This document shows positions 19,305 through 30,698 of a DNA stretch of 64,000 nt, piece after piece; the first letter of the stretch is position 1; the number at the start of each line of letters is the position of its first letter. The stretch comes from an uncultured Planctomycetota bacterium (GTDB lineage Bacteria; Planctomycetota; Planctomycetia; Pirellulales; Lacipirellulaceae). The stretch lies in NCBI GenBank assembly GCA_963719315.1, contig CAVRBU010000002.1:1152001-1216000 (forward strand), read 5' to 3'. The notes under the pieces are model-generated. The model saw only the letters and a list, made by a program, of their open reading frames with translations, did no database searches and had not been told where the DNA came from. The position numbers and the translations under genes are program-made.

Positions 19305-22300
19305 ATGTTCAACCCCGTCGAAGGCAATGTGAATTTTCCAGAGCAGGAGTTGGCCATCGGACGGTTCTGGAAAGACCACCGCATCTACGAGAAGTCGCTA
19401 GAGCAACGCGCAGGCGCGCCGCCATTCGTCTTCTACGAAGGCCCACCGACGGCCAACGGCATGCCCCACCCCGGCCACTGCCTCACGCGGGCCATCAAAG
19501 ACCTCTTCCCCCGCTACCGCACGATGCGCGGCTATCGCTGCGAACGCAAAGCCGGCTGGGACACCCACGGCCTGCCCGTCGAAGTCGAAGTCTGCAAAGA
19601 ACTCGGCATCCACTCCAAAGAAGAGATCGAAAACTACGGCATCGAGCCGTTCATCCAAAAGTGCCAACAAAGCGTCTGGCGTTACATGCAGGAATGGGAG
19701 CGCATCACCGAACGCATCGGCTTCTGGGTCGATCTAAAGAACGCCTACGCGACGTATCACCAAAGCTATGTTGAAAGTGTCTGGTGGTCCCTAAAAAACC
19801 TGTTCGACCGCGGCTTACTATACCAAGGCCACAAAATCGTCTGGTGGTGGGCCCAAGGCGGCACAGCGCTATCGGCCGGTGAAGTCGGCCTCGGTTATCG
19901 ACAAGTCGCCGATCCGAGTGTGTATGTGAAATTTCCAATCGTTCCAAACGAATTCGCCCAGAAGTTTGGAATAGACAAGGATACAAGCCTGCTTGTTTGG
20001 ACAACAACACCGTGGACATTAGTAAGCAATCAGTTTGCAGCCGTGAATCCCTCTCTGCAATATGCAACTATAGTAGATTCGGAAAATGGATCGAAATTCA
20101 TACTGGCGGCTGATTTGATTGATTCCATCAGTAAAAAACTGAATCGAGAGTTCCTCGTCGAGTCGACTTACAACGGCGCCAAGCTGCTAGGCTTCAGGTA
20201 CTCTCCCTCATTTAATCGCTACCAAAGTAAGTATGGACATCTAACAGCGGGCATCGATCGTGAACACGGCAATATATCCTGGATCGTCGTAGCAGCTCCG
20301 TTCGTAACGACGGAAAGCGGAACGGGAATCGTTCATATAGCACCTGCTTTTGGCGAAGATGACTACGAAACTCTTCAGCAACACTATAACTTCTTCCCAG
20401 AGTTGAAAGAGGTTCCGCTTTTAAATGCCGTCGCCCCCGACGGCAAATTCACCGAAGAAGCCCCCGAATACTGCCGCGGGCGCTGGGTCAAAGACTGCGA
20501 CAAAGACATCATCCGCGACCTAAAACAGCGCGGCCTGCTATTCCATCAAGAACAATACCTCCACGACTACCCATTCTGCTGGCGGGCCGAACAGGATCCG
20601 CTCATCCAATACCCGCGCCAAAGTTGGTTCATCCGCACAAGCGACTTCAAAGTCGAAATGCTCGCCAACAACGCCAAAATCAATTGGCTGCCCGAGCACA
20701 TCAAAGACGGACGCTTCGGCAAGTTCCTCGAAACGAACGTCGACTGGGCCCTCTCGCGCGAACGCTACTGGGGCACGCCGCTCCCGATTTGGAAGTGCGA
20801 AGAAACCGGTCAAATGGAAGCATTTGGCAGCTACGACGAACTCCTTGCGAAACCCGGCCTACGCGGTACTGAGTACTGGGCACAAGCCAAGGCCGCAAAT
20901 CCAGAACTGCCCGACGACCTCAAAGTCCACAAACCGTACATCGACCACATTGAATACGACTCGCCGTTCGCCAAGGGCGCTCGCATGCGCCGCGTCACCG
21001 AGGTGATCGACTGTTGGTACGACTCCGGCGCGATGCCCTTCGCGCAATGGGGCTACCCCATCGCGCCCAACAGCGACCAACAATTCGAATCGCAATTCCC
21101 AGCCGACTTCATCAGCGAAGCCATCGACCAAACCCGCGGCTGGTTCTACAGCCAACTCGCCATCAGCACGCTGATGTTTGGAGAGGAGCGAGAGGACTTA
21201 GCTCGCTCCTCGCTCCTCGCTCCTCGCCCCTACCCTCATCCCTTCCGCAACTGCATCGTCCTCGGCCACATGCTCGGCGAAGACGGCCAGAAGATGTCGA
21301 AGAGCAAGCGGAACTACCGCGAGCCCACCGAAATCTTCGACCGCTACGGCGCCGATGCCCTCCGCTGGTACTTCTTCGCCAACCAACCGCCGTGGACCTC
21401 GATCCGCTACAACGAACAATCCATCAAAGACAGCATTCCCGAGTTCCTACTCCGCCTCTGGAACGTCTACAGCTTCTTCGTGATCTACGCCAACATCGAT
21501 GGCTTCGACCCAGCGGAAGAGATGCGACGAGCGAGGAGCGAGGAGCTTGGCGACTCGCTAACCGGCAAAGGCCCAGGCCTGGATCTTGTTATCGAAAAGT
21601 TCCCCGGAGAATTTGAGCCTTACTCCTCGCTCCTCGATCCTCGATCCTTCGCCTCTGCCCCCTCCTACTGCCCGCTCGCCAAGCGCAGCGAGCTCGACCG
21701 CTGGATCCTCAGCGAACTCAACCGCACCTGCGCAGCCGTCGTCGAGCGGATGGACGCCTACGACAATTTCGGCGCATGCCAACATATTACGGAATTCGTA
21801 GACGCGCTCTCGAATTGGTACGTCCGCCGCAGCCGCGACCGTTTCTGGGCGGCCGATAAGCGTAGCGTCGAAAAGCTCGATGCGTACTGGACGCTCTACG
21901 AAGCGCTCATCACGACCGCGAAGCTAGTTGCGCCCTTCGTGCCATTCATAGCCGAAGCGATGTGGCAAAACTTGAGTAGATGTCTGGTGTCGGGTGTTGC
22001 CGGCCAGTCAATCACTCCGACACCCGACGCCCGACACCCGGCACCTTCCGAAAGCGTCCATCTTTGCGACTTCCCACCGGGCGATCCCGCCATTGTCGAC
22101 GAGGCCCTTTCCGCGCGCATGAACCTCGTCCGCGAGATCGCCTCGCTCGGCCGCAACGCCCGCAATGCAGCGAACCTGAAAGTCCGCCAACCACTCGCGA
22201 AAGTCGAAGTCGTGCTCGCCGACACCACGCACCAACAGTGGCTGGAAGAGCACACGGCATTGATCGCCGACGAGCTCAACGTGAAGGCGGTCGAATTCAC

Positions 22301-22859
22301 GACGCACGGCGAAAAGTACATCTGCTACTCGGTCGTCCCGAATTTCAAGCGGCTCGGTCCGCGGCTCGGCAAGAATATGCCCGCCGCCAAGAAAGCGCTA
22401 AGCGAAATCGACGCCGCCAAGCTATTGGCCGACCTCAAATCGACCCGCAAGGCGAAGCTAATTCTTCCGGGCGCTGAAGCCATCGAACTTGATAACGAAG
22501 ACATCGAAGTCCGCCTCGCCGCCAAAGAAGGTTGGGCCGCCGCGCAAGGCAAAGGCTGCGTCGTCGTGCTGGCCACCGACTTGACACCGGAGTTAGTCGC
22601 CGAAGGATTCGCCCGCGACGTCGTGCGACTCATCCAGGACCGCCGCAAGGACATCGGCTGCGAATACACAGACCGCATTGAAATCGGTCTCGTCACAAGT
22701 TCCGCCGAACTGGCGATGGCGATCCAACAATTCCGCGATTACCTCGCCCAAGAAACGCTGGCAATCAAAATTGTCGATCAAGCGTTACCGGGAGTCGAAC
22801 CCGTAACAATTCAAGTTCTCGGACACGACCTCATGGCCTACGTGCGAGTCGTGAAATGA
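19305..22859 (+). CDS. ileS: Isoleucine--tRNA ligase, type 2
   Basis: [47 protein letters not shown]; long C terminus without the type 1 zinc finger. Confidence 0.97.
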   Translation: MFNPVEGNVNFPEQELAIGRFWKDHRIYEKSLEQRAGAPPFVFYEGPPTANGMPHPGHCLTRAIKDLFPRYRTMRGYRCERKAGWDTHGLPVEVEVCKELGIHSKEEIENYGIEPFIQKCQQSVWRYMQEWERITERIGFWVDLKNAYATYHQSYVESVWWSLKNLFDRGLLYQGHKIVWWWAQGGTALSAGEVGLGYRQVADPSVYVKFPIVPNEFAQKFGIDKDTSLLVWTTTPWTLVSNQFAAVNPSLQYATIVDSENGSKFILAADLIDSISKKLNREFLVESTYNGAKLLGFRYSPSFNRYQSKYGHLTAGIDREHGNISWIVVAAPFVTTESGTGIVHIAPAFGEDDYETLQQHYNFFPELKEVPLLNAVAPDGKFTEEAPEYCRGRWVKDCDKDIIRDLKQRGLLFHQEQYLHDYPFCWRAEQDPLIQYPRQSWFIRTSDFKVEMLANNAKINWLPEHIKDGRFGKFLETNVDWALSRERYWGTPLPIWKCEETGQMEAFGSYDELLAKPGLRGTEYWAQAKAANPELPDDLKVHKPYIDHIEYDSPFAKGARMRRVTEVIDCWYDSGAMPFAQWGYPIAPNSDQQFESQFPADFISEAIDQTRGWFYSQLAISTLMFGEEREDLARSSLLAPRPYPHPFRNCIVLGHMLGEDGQKMSKSKRNYREPTEIFDRYGADALRWYFFANQPPWTSIRYNEQSIKDSIPEFLLRLWNVYSFFVIYANIDGFDPAEEMRRARSEELGDSLTGKGPGLDLVIEKFPGEFEPYSSLLDPRSFASAPSYCPLAKRSELDRWILSELNRTCAAVVERMDAYDNFGACQHITEFVDALSNWYVRRSRDRFWAADKRSVEKLDAYWTLYEALITTAKLVAPFVPFIAEAMWQNLSRCLVSGVAGQSITPTPDARHPAPSESVHLCDFPPGDPAIVDEALSARMNLVREIASLGRNARNAANLKVRQPLAKVEVVLADTTHQQWLEEHTALIADELNVKAVEFTTHGEKYICYSVVPNFKRLGPRLGKNMPAAKKALSEIDAAKLLADLKSTRKAKLILPGAEAIELDNEDIEVRLAAKEGWAAAQGKGCVVVLATDLTPELVAEGFARDVVRLIQDRRKDIGCEYTDRIEIGLVTSSAELAMAIQQFRDYLAQETLAIKIVDQALPGVEPVTIQVLGHDLMAYVRVVK

Positions 22860-23545
22860 TCACCGAACCATCGCGACTCAAGTTGGCAGTGTTGATTTCC
22901 GGCAGCGGACGGACGCTGCAGAATCTCATCGAGCTGGCTGCCGACGACGAACTGCCGATCGACATCCGGCTGGTGATTTCGAGCACCGCAATGGCCGGCG
23001 GACTCAAGTTTGCGCAAGACGCAAATATTCCGGCGAGCGTTGTGCTGCGCCAAGACTTCGCAACCGGCGAGGACGGCGACCGCGCCTACGGCGATGCGGT
23101 ATTCGGCGCCTGCCGCGAGGCAGGTGTCGATTACGTCGCGATGGCGGGGTTCCTGAAGCTCGCGCCGGTGCCCGATGATTTTGCTGGCCGCGTCGTGAAC
23201 ATTCATCCCGCGCTTATCCCGGCATTTTGCGGGCCCGGCATGTACGGCGATCGCGTGCATCAAGCCGTGCTCGACGCCGGAGTCCGAGTCACCGGCTGCA
23301 CGGTGCACTTCGTGGATAACGAGTACGACCACGGGCCCATCATCTGGCAACAGCCTGTGCCGGTGTACGACGACGACACGGCCGACACACTCGCCAAGCG
23401 CGTGTTTGAAGTCGAGAAGGAAGCATTCCCGCACGTCCTGCGACTCCTGGCCGCCGGAAGAATCAAGCTCGAAAACGGCCGCGTGACGATTCTCAAAAGT
23501 CAGCGCGGCGAGCGCTCGCGGACGGGCGCGTACCCCATCGATTGA
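22856..23545 (+). CDS. purN: Phosphoribosylglycinamide formyltransferase
   Basis: [33 protein letters not shown] overlap with ileS. Confidence 0.95.
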   Translation: MITEPSRLKLAVLISGSGRTLQNLIELAADDELPIDIRLVISSTAMAGGLKFAQDANIPASVVLRQDFATGEDGDRAYGDAVFGACREAGVDYVAMAGFLKLAPVPDDFAGRVVNIHPALIPAFCGPGMYGDRVHQAVLDAGVRVTGCTVHFVDNEYDHGPIIWQQPVPVYDDDTADTLAKRVFEVEKEAFPHVLRLLAAGRIKLENGRVTILKSQRGERSRTGAYPID

Positions 23546-24018
23546 TAGAAAGCGACAGCAGCCGACCAACCGGCGTGCGTTTCGAGTTGCACTTCCCGCC
23601 AACCGGCGTCCCACACTGCTTGCTCCAACCGCGACATGAGCGCCCGGCCGACGCCGCGACGGCGAAACGCAGGATCGACCAGTAGCCAATTCACAACGGG
23701 GACAACTCCAGCCGCACCCTCGCGCACCGCCAGAGTTACAGCGCCGACGACTCTTGGCGCCTCGTCCCCAGCGTCGCTTGTCATCGCCACCCAAGAGCGA
23801 TCGCTGCGCCACCAAACCTTGCCGAACATTTCACGCCGGAAGTCGGAGGCCGTCCACGGCCGGGCGGCAGGAATCTGTCCGCCCATCGCCCGCTCGCGAA
23901 GAGCTAGCCAGGCCGGCACGTCTTCCGGCACTTTCAGATGGCGCACGACAATTCCAAGCGCGTCGGCTGCGACTGGCGGATCGTCGAATTGTCTGCGAAA
24001 ATGAAGTATTGAAAGCAT
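23500..24018 (-). CDS. GNAT N-acetyltransferase
   Basis: VDPAFRRRGVGRALM acetyl-CoA motif and [10 protein letters not shown]. Confidence 0.85.
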   Translation of the reverse strand: MLSILHFRRQFDDPPVAADALGIVVRHLKVPEDVPAWLALRERAMGGQIPAARPWTASDFRREMFGKVWWRSDRSWVAMTSDAGDEAPRVVGAVTLAVREGAAGVVPVVNWLLVDPAFRRRGVGRALMSRLEQAVWDAGWREVQLETHAGWSAAVAFYQSMGYAPVRERSPR

Positions 24019-24121
24019 TTGCCTACCACCCTTCCTAGCAGAAACTGATCGGAGGGATACAGAGAAACAGAATGTAGGTTTCTCTCCGTTCCCTCTGCTG
24101 CCTCCTGTTCAAGAAAGAGTC

Positions 24122-24889
24122 ATGTCCGACGTCAAAGAACTCAAAAAAGCCATCTGCAAGATCGGCGACCGAATTTACAAGCGCGGTTTTGCCGCGGCCA
24201 ACGACGGCAACATTAGCGTGCGGCTCAACGAGACGGAAGTTCTCTGCACGCCGACGATGCATTGTAAGGGCTTTTTGAAGCCCAAGGCTATTTGCCTCGT
24301 GGATATGGAGGGCAACCAACTCGCCGGCAAGAAAAAGCGGTCGAGCGAAGTGCTGCTGCACCTGGAAATCATGAAGGCCCGGCCCGACGTGCAGAGCGTC
24401 GTCCATTGCCATCCGCCCCACGCCACGGCGTTCGGAGTCGCGCACGAGCCAATCCCGCAAGCGGTGCTGCCGGAGGTGGAAGTCTTTCTGGGCGAGGTGC
24501 CGATCGCGCCCTACGAAACGCCCGGCGGCAAGATATTCGCCGAAACGATTCTGCCGTTCGTGAAGCAATCGAACGTGATCATCCTGGCAAATCACGGCAC
24601 CGTGAGCTACGGCGAATCGGTCGAGCGGGCCTTTTGGTGGACCGAGGTGCTCGACGCCTACTGCCGGATTTTGATCCTCGCGCGGCAATTGGGCCCGATC
24701 CAATATCTGTCGCCGCAAAAGACGCAGGAGCTACTCGACCTCAAGGCCAAGTGGGGTTTCACCGATCCGCGATTGGCCGAAGGATTTGCGGGCGACATTC
24801 GCGACAACGCCACGTTTCGCCACACGTGGGCCGCGAGTGGCGTGGTGCCGCGAGCGTTCGCGCCGCCAGGCGCGAATGGCGATGCCTAG
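24122..24889 (+). CDS. Class II aldolase/adducin family (fuculose-1-phosphate aldolase-like)
   Basis: DGNIS, SSEVLLH, VVHCHPPHAT, LANHG. Confidence 0.92.
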   Translation: MSDVKELKKAICKIGDRIYKRGFAAANDGNISVRLNETEVLCTPTMHCKGFLKPKAICLVDMEGNQLAGKKKRSSEVLLHLEIMKARPDVQSVVHCHPPHATAFGVAHEPIPQAVLPEVEVFLGEVPIAPYETPGGKIFAETILPFVKQSNVIILANHGTVSYGESVERAFWWTEVLDAYCRILILARQLGPIQYLSPQKTQELLDLKAKWGFTDPRLAEGFAGDIRDNATFRHTWAASGVVPRAFAPPGANGDA

Positions 24890-25982
24890 CGTTCGAGTGA
24901 TTGCAGCTTTGCTGCCGCGGCGTGTACGACCTAGTGGCGCTGTGCCATGCCATCCACCACAGTTGGACCATCGCGAATAAATTGAACAGCGCGTGAGCCA
25001 CAATGCTGGGCACAATCCGGTGCGTGCGATAGTACAGGTGCCCGAGAACGAGCGCCAGAAAAAATAATGGCACCGGCTCCGGCCCGTAACCCAAATGAGC
25101 CAGGCCGAACAGCAACGAGCTAATCGCAATCGGAATCCAACTGAACGGAAAGCCGGCAAAGCCGCGCGACGGGGGCGTTTCTATCGACTGCCGACCAACC
25201 TTGATCGACGAATCGAGCGGCTCCGCGTGTTCGTCATTGGCTAACTGGGCTTCATCGATCGATATTGCGAGTGCATCGGGAGCTTGAGTCTCCTCGCCCA
25301 CGGCGCTCTGGGTTGGCGGCGCCTCGCCGTAACCCATTTCCTCGCCTTCCCAGCGTTCGAGCCAACCCTGCAGCAGCAGGCGAAACGTGATCTCTTCGCA
25401 GATCGGAGCAACAATAACGGCGAAGAGCGATCCAAGCAGCATGACGGTAAGGTCGGGCTTGCCCTCGGCCAACATCTTTATCAGCGGGTGGCCCGACTTC
25501 ATTTCCGGCATGCCCAACCAGTACAAGAGCAGCGCCTGGATCAAAAGGACGGGCGCAAGCGCGGCCAAGCCCGCGATCGAACCAATGGCAAAGTCGTGCG
25601 CGAATTGCTGGGAGCTTGCGGGCAATCCCAGATCGCGACGATTAGCGTTGAAGTAAATTGCAATAAAGGTCAGAACTCCGCCGACAAGGAGCACTTCCGG
25701 CACCATGCCAGTAATGAGTTGCGTGGCGTGATTTGTCGCTTCCCCTTCGCCCTTGGGCTCCGGCATGGAGTAGCTGCTCAGAACCGACCAAACCGTTAGC
25801 CAAACCATCACGACGGCGAGTACGCAGCCAGCGGCGTTCCAAGGCACCGGGCTTCGTGGCTGGAATTGCAGCAACGAGCCTCGGCTTCGTACAGCAAGAA
25901 GGCACAAACAGGTCGCAATGCTGAGCAGCATCGTACCGCCAGCGATCGCAACCAGCACGGGATCAGGAAGCTGCTCGGGCAT
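24759..25982 (-). CDS. CPBP (Abi/CAAX type II) intramembrane metalloprotease; true stop probably near 24930
   Basis: PICEEITFR, FGLAH, HALFN. The 130-bp overlap with the aldolase suggests a 3' indel. Confidence 0.88.
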   Translation of the reverse strand: MPEQLPDPVLVAIAGGTMLLSIATCLCLLAVRSRGSLLQFQPRSPVPWNAAGCVLAVVMVWLTVWSVLSSYSMPEPKGEGEATNHATQLITGMVPEVLLVGGVLTFIAIYFNANRRDLGLPASSQQFAHDFAIGSIAGLAALAPVLLIQALLLYWLGMPEMKSGHPLIKMLAEGKPDLTVMLLGSLFAVIVAPICEEITFRLLLQGWLERWEGEEMGYGEAPPTQSAVGEETQAPDALAISIDEAQLANDEHAEPLDSSIKVGRQSIETPPSRGFAGFPFSWIPIAISSLLFGLAHLGYGPEPVPLFFLALVLGHLYYRTHRIVPSIVAHALFNLFAMVQLWWMAWHSATRSYTPRQQSCNHSNARHRHSRLAARTLAAPRHSRPTCGETWRCRECRPQILRPIADR

Positions 25983-26058
25983 GGTAAGGCGTCGGATCAG
26001 AATTTCTCAAAGATTGAAGCCCGCAGCGCAAGTAAGGGTTTTGACAACCAACCGCGCG

Positions 26059-26709
26059 CTACTTTCGCAACATCGCGAGTGCCCTCTGAACATACACCCA
26101 GCCGGAGTAAATTGTCATGCCGACGGCTGCCCACACGATCAGCCGCACCGACCAAGTCGTCCAACCAGGCGGCGTCACGGCCCACACGCCGCCCGCATAT
26201 CCGTAGTGCCACAGCCGCGCCAGGCTGGCCGCGACGGCCGCACACTGGATAACCATCTTCAACTTGCCCGACATCTTGGCGGAAAAGTCGGAGCCGCGCT
26301 CCTCGAAAAAACCGCGCAGGGCCGTAACGAGCAGTTCGCGGGCAATGACGATGACCGCCATCCAGGCCGCCACTTGGGACGCGGACTCTCCTGTGGCCAT
26401 CGGCGGCACGGCCGCCAAAAACGTGAACGTGCCACAAATGATGATCTTATCCGCAAACGGATCGAGTATGCGGCCGAGCTGCGTGACCTGGCCGTAGCGG
26501 CGGGCCCAAAAACCATCGACCCAATCGGTGCCCGCCGCAATCGCAAAGAATATCAGCGCCGGCAGATACCATTCGAAGACGAAGAATACGAAGCAAAAGA
26601 CGGAAAGCACGAGCCGCGCGATCGTCAGCACGTTGGGCACGTTCCAGATGACGTTCAGTGCCGATGAGCCATTTGTTGCAGATGAAGAGGCGGCGATTCC
26701 ATCGTCCAT
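26059..26709 (-). CDS. pgsA: CDP-diacylglycerol--glycerol-3-phosphate 3-phosphatidyltransferase
   Basis: NVPNVLTIAR, TDWVDGFWARRYGQVTQLGRILDPFADK. Confidence 0.93.
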   Translation of the reverse strand: MDDGIAASSSATNGSSALNVIWNVPNVLTIARLVLSVFCFVFFVFEWYLPALIFFAIAAGTDWVDGFWARRYGQVTQLGRILDPFADKIIICGTFTFLAAVPPMATGESASQVAAWMAVIVIARELLVTALRGFFEERGSDFSAKMSGKLKMVIQCAAVAASLARLWHYGYAGGVWAVTPPGWTTWSVRLIVWAAVGMTIYSGWVYVQRALAMLRK

Positions 26710-26726
26710 GAAATCAGTCCTTATAC

Positions 26727-28112
26727 TTAGCGCGGCTTGCCAATTGCCGCGGCAGCAAGATCGTACCCGCTGCGGGCAACGATCTCGCACGGCACCATTG
26801 CACCGACCGTCAACTTCTGGCCCGTGACGTACACTACGCCATCCACATCCGGCGCGTCGGCGTACGAGCGCCCGACCCAGGCCCCCTTTTGGTTCGGCAC
26901 GGCCGCGTCGATCAGCACTTCCAGTTGCCGGCCGACTTGAGCTTCGCACCATTCGAACGCCACTTGCTGCTGCACTTCCATCAACCGATCGCGGCGTTCG
27001 TTCTTGACTTCTTCCGGCAACTGATCCGGCAACCTGGCGGCCGGCGTATCGGGCTCGAAAGAATAGGTGAACACGCCAAGCCGTTGAAACCGCTGCTCGG
27101 CGATGAACTCGCGCAGCTCTTCGAATTCAGCCTCGGTTTCGCCGGGAAAGCCGGTGATGCACGTGGTCCGCAAAACCAGGTTCGGAATTCGCTCGCGCAG
27201 CTTCGTCAGTAATTGTTCGGTATCGGCACGGTTTACGCGACGCTGCATCCGCTTCAGCATCTTGTCGTTGATGTGCTGCAACGGCATGTCGATGTACGGC
27301 ACGATTCGCTTCGAGGCCGCGATCGTATCGATGACCTCATCCGTCACATACATCGGATAGAAGTACATCAGGCGTATCCAATCGAGCCCTTCGACTTGCT
27401 CCAATTCACGGAGCAACTCGGCCAGCCGCGGCTTGCCGTACAGGTCCATGCCGTAATACGTCGTGTCCTGGGCGACGATCACCAACTCGCGAACGCCGTC
27501 GGCCGCCAACTCGCGGGCTTCCGCGATGACTTCTTCCATCGGCTTCGTGTAGTGCTTGCCGCGCATTTTGGGAATCGCACAAAACGTGCACAGCCGATCG
27601 CAGCCTTCCGAGATTTTCAGAAACGCGAAGTGCCGCGGCGTGATTCGCATCCGAGCCGTATCGGGCAGCGGGTGCGACGGAGCGGGGTTGAAGACCATCC
27701 GCTGCTCTTCAAGGCCGCCCAACAACCGGTCCGCGACTTTTGTAACCTGCTCGCGGCCGAAGACGCCTACGAGGTGATCGATCTCCGGACGCGATTCCAG
27801 CAGCTCGCCGCGCTGCCGTTCGGCAAGGCAGCCGGATACGATTACGCCGCGAAGTTCGCCGCGGCGCTTGAGGTCGAGCATCTCGTCGATGGCGGCAAAC
27901 GATTCCGTGCGGGCCGCTTCGATGAAACCGCACGTGTTGACGACCGCGAAGTCGGCGCCGCGTGGATCGTTGACAAGCTCGTAGCCATCAAGCTGCAACA
28001 GCCCGAGCATTCGCTCGCTGTCGACAAGGTTCTTGGGGCAGCCGAGGCTGACGAACGCGTATTTGCCCTTCGAGGCGCCGCGCGAGAGTTTGTTGGTGAA
28101 AGTGTCTACCAC
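26727..28112 (-). CDS. rimO: Ribosomal protein S12 methylthiotransferase
   Basis: [26 protein letters not shown] radical SAM motif, C-terminal TRAM domain. Confidence 0.95.
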   Translation of the reverse strand: MVDTFTNKLSRGASKGKYAFVSLGCPKNLVDSERMLGLLQLDGYELVNDPRGADFAVVNTCGFIEAARTESFAAIDEMLDLKRRGELRGVIVSGCLAERQRGELLESRPEIDHLVGVFGREQVTKVADRLLGGLEEQRMVFNPAPSHPLPDTARMRITPRHFAFLKISEGCDRLCTFCAIPKMRGKHYTKPMEEVIAEARELAADGVRELVIVAQDTTYYGMDLYGKPRLAELLRELEQVEGLDWIRLMYFYPMYVTDEVIDTIAASKRIVPYIDMPLQHINDKMLKRMQRRVNRADTEQLLTKLRERIPNLVLRTTCITGFPGETEAEFEELREFIAEQRFQRLGVFTYSFEPDTPAARLPDQLPEEVKNERRDRLMEVQQQVAFEWCEAQVGRQLEVLIDAAVPNQKGAWVGRSYADAPDVDGVVYVTGQKLTVGAMVPCEIVARSGYDLAAAAIGKPR

Positions 28113-28325
28113 GTGCAAAAAATGCGTACTGGGATCGGCGTCCGGGCGAAGCGAGCCGCGCACTAGCAATGGTGCGTGAGGGAACTCAGAGCCACTAATT
28201 CTAGCGGCCACGCGGCTGCCGGCCAATTGGCACGTGTTTTGGACGCCACATCGGTTGATTTTACCGTCTGGTACTGTACATTAGTATACATACGACCAAC
28301 TCTAACGCTTTATTCGAGTTGAACG

Positions 28326-29072
28326 ATGCTTTCTGAGATTCCAGACGACGAATTTGCGGCCGCGCTCGACGCCTGTGCGGCCGAAGTGCTGTGGGAGGCG
28401 GGTGTCATCGAGCCGCCGGTCGATGCTCTGGCCGTCGCGGAACGGTTGCAGCTTGTTGTCGCCCGCGATTTGGCGATGCCGCATCGTGGCCGGTTCGTGA
28501 GGTTGGCAGACCGCGATGGCAGCGGTGGTGGGCAAGGGACGATCGTCGTCGGGGAGGCCGAACGGCCCGAACGCGAACAATGGGCAGTGGCCCACGAAAT
28601 CGGCGAGAGCGTCGCCTACCGGGTATTCGACCGGCTGGGCGTGTCGTTTGATGAATCGTTGCCGACTGCGCGGGAGCAGGTTGCCAACCGCTTGGCCGGT
28701 GCATTGCTCTTGCCGCGGCGGTGGTTTGCGGCCGATGGTCTCGACCACGACTGGGATCTGCTCGAACTTAAGGAGCGATACAACACAGCCAGCCACGAAC
28801 TGATTGCGCGCCGTATGCTGGAAATGCGATCGCCAATCGTAATCACCGTCTGCGACCAGGGCCGCGTTCATTGGCGACGCAGCAACGCAACTGCTCGGCC
28901 GCCAGAGATGGTTACCGGCGAGCGCGATGTGTGGCAAGTCGCGCATCGCGCCGGCGTAACCGTTGACGAAATGCTGGACAGCGATACCGGTCTTGAGCGC
29001 GTCCGTTGTTGGCCGATCCACGAAGCGGGTTGGAAGCGCGAGATTCTGCGAAGCGAGATTGCGGAGAGTTAA
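28326..29072 (+). CDS. ImmA/IrrE-like metallopeptidase-domain protein
   Basis: REQWAVAHEIGE...EQVANRLAGALLLP pattern. Confidence 0.8.
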   Translation: MLSEIPDDEFAAALDACAAEVLWEAGVIEPPVDALAVAERLQLVVARDLAMPHRGRFVRLADRDGSGGGQGTIVVGEAERPEREQWAVAHEIGESVAYRVFDRLGVSFDESLPTAREQVANRLAGALLLPRRWFAADGLDHDWDLLELKERYNTASHELIARRMLEMRSPIVITVCDQGRVHWRRSNATARPPEMVTGERDVWQVAHRAGVTVDEMLDSDTGLERVRCWPIHEAGWKREILRSEIAES

Positions 29073-29167
29073 GCGCGTGCCTTTCTCCTCTCACATGATT
29101 GGAGCCCGCAGCGCAAGCACAATCCCTTACTCGCGCTGCGGGCTCCAATCCGATGTCGTTTAGACGA

Positions 29168-29977
29168 CTACGCGGCGCGGGCAATCCTCTTCCTCTCGAA
29201 GACTGATTGCAATGTCTCAACTAATTCGGCATTGATCCATGGCTTCCCGAGGACCACGGCGGCCCCAAGTTCCTGAGCCCAATCGGCACTGTCACGTCGA
29301 GGAAAGTCTAGAGTGGCGATAACCGGCGCCGCGCCGCGAGCAAGCTGACCGCAGAATCTCGAGAGGTCCTCGGCTTCGCAATCGTTCAACTGGCCACCGT
29401 CCCAGATGCCGACGGCAGCCCCCCGAATTGTATTGCTCGATCCGTTCTTGGATTGCCAGGCGGTTGCAAAGCCTGCGCGGTGCAACACGTCGGCGAGCGC
29501 ACTGGCCGCGTCGCGGTGCAGTGCACGTAGTATTACCAACCCGTGCCTAGGCGCTCCCACAATCGGATCGCGGGCTAGGGTGCGCAGTCGAGAATGCTCG
29601 GGGCGAGCCCAATCGGGGCAGCGACCGGCGGCGCGGAGCGCAAGTTGTCGCCGCCACCAAGCCGGGAATTCGTACCAGTAAAGTCTCTCGACGCCGGGCC
29701 ACGGGTGGCCCGTACGCGTTTCGCCTTCACACCAACTACCGACGAGCGCGACGATGCCCGCCAACGGCGCGGCGCGCCGCAATGCTTCGATGCGATTGGC
29801 GTGAATTGCTCCTGGACGGCTCTGTGCAATCACGATCAGCTCCGGAGATTTGACGGCCGTGTCGGCAATTTCGCCTTCGGCGAGCAACATACCGATCGCA
29901 TCGCGAAAGTCCGGATGACAAACGTCGCCGAGTAGTTGCACGATAGGCGGCTTCATATTCTGTTTCGTCCGAGGCAT
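29168..29977 (-). CDS. Hypothetical protein with a degenerate receiver-like C terminus
   Basis: Ends ...AQELGAAVVLGKPW...ELVETL, resembling the end of a CheY fold; follows the PTS EIIA gene. Confidence 0.55.
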   Translation of the reverse strand: MPRTKQNMKPPIVQLLGDVCHPDFRDAIGMLLAEGEIADTAVKSPELIVIAQSRPGAIHANRIEALRRAAPLAGIVALVGSWCEGETRTGHPWPGVERLYWYEFPAWWRRQLALRAAGRCPDWARPEHSRLRTLARDPIVGAPRHGLVILRALHRDAASALADVLHRAGFATAWQSKNGSSNTIRGAAVGIWDGGQLNDCEAEDLSRFCGQLARGAAPVIATLDFPRRDSADWAQELGAAVVLGKPWINAELVETLQSVFERKRIARAA

Positions 29978-29987
29978 CTCGCGCCGC

Positions 29988-30698
29988 TTAGGTTTCACGA
30001 ATGGTCGCTTCGCGCTGCTCAATCAATCGATGCAGCGAGCTGGCATCTTCCGCCGAACGAATCGAGGCCAGAAGCTCTTGATCGTTGATCACCCGGCTGA
30101 GGCGGGCGAGGATGCGCAAATGTTCGTGGTCGCTCGTCGAGCAGATCAAAAAAAATATGTTGGTAAGGTTTCCACCGCCGCCGAACGGAATGCCGCCCTG
30201 CGACACACCGAGTGCGAGAACTGCCTCGGCCAGAATCGCCGGCATAGGCCGGCGCGGATGCAGCAACGCCACACCATTGTCCAGAGCCGTGGAATGCATT
30301 GCTTCGCGAGCCCGCACCGCCTCAGCCATTTTTGCCGCGTCCCACAACAAATGCGTGCGGGCCGCCAACTCGGTCATCTTCAAAATCACGCTGCCCCGAG
30401 TGCGGGCGTCAAGCCGCACTTCGGTGGCCTCGACCTTTAGCAATTCGGAGATGGATACCTCATCCGCCTCAGCGTCGGCCGCCCGATCTAGGGCGCCTTC
30501 CATCTGCACGAGGGCGTCGTCGTCGGAAAGGCCGATGCGGTCCTCCAGCCAATGGTGGATTTCAGCGGCCGAAAATCGCCACTCGCCGCCCACGCGGCGG
30601 GCCGGCAGCTTGCCGCGCTCCGCTAGCTTGACGACCGCAGCCGGCGACATGTGCAAGTATGCCGCCAGCCGTTCAATATCAAAATCTGCTTGGGCCAT
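29988..30698 (-). CDS. PTS EIIA(Ntr/Fru)-like protein with N-terminal excisionase-type HTH
   Basis: LAAYL...GKLPARRVGGEWRF HTH; STALDNGVALLHPR phospho-His motif; HLRILARLSR. Confidence 0.9.
   Translation of the reverse strand: MAQADFDIERLAAYLHMSPAAVVKLAERGKLPARRVGGEWRFSAAEIHHWLEDRIGLSDDDALVQMEGALDRAADAEADEVSISELLKVEATEVRLDARTRGSVILKMTELAARTHLLWDAAKMAEAVRAREAMHSTALDNGVALLHPRRPMPAILAEAVLALGVSQGGIPFGGGGNLTNIFFLICSTSDHEHLRILARLSRVINDQELLASIRSAEDASSLHRLIEQREATIRET

Noticed and set aside
19305..22859. Intein or intron in ileS
   Set aside because: Insertions are short and lack intein terminal motifs; the frame is continuous.
24122..24889. Bacterial microcompartment locus
   Set aside because: The aldolase resembles those used in planctomycete fucose/rhamnose catabolism, but no shell genes are nearby.
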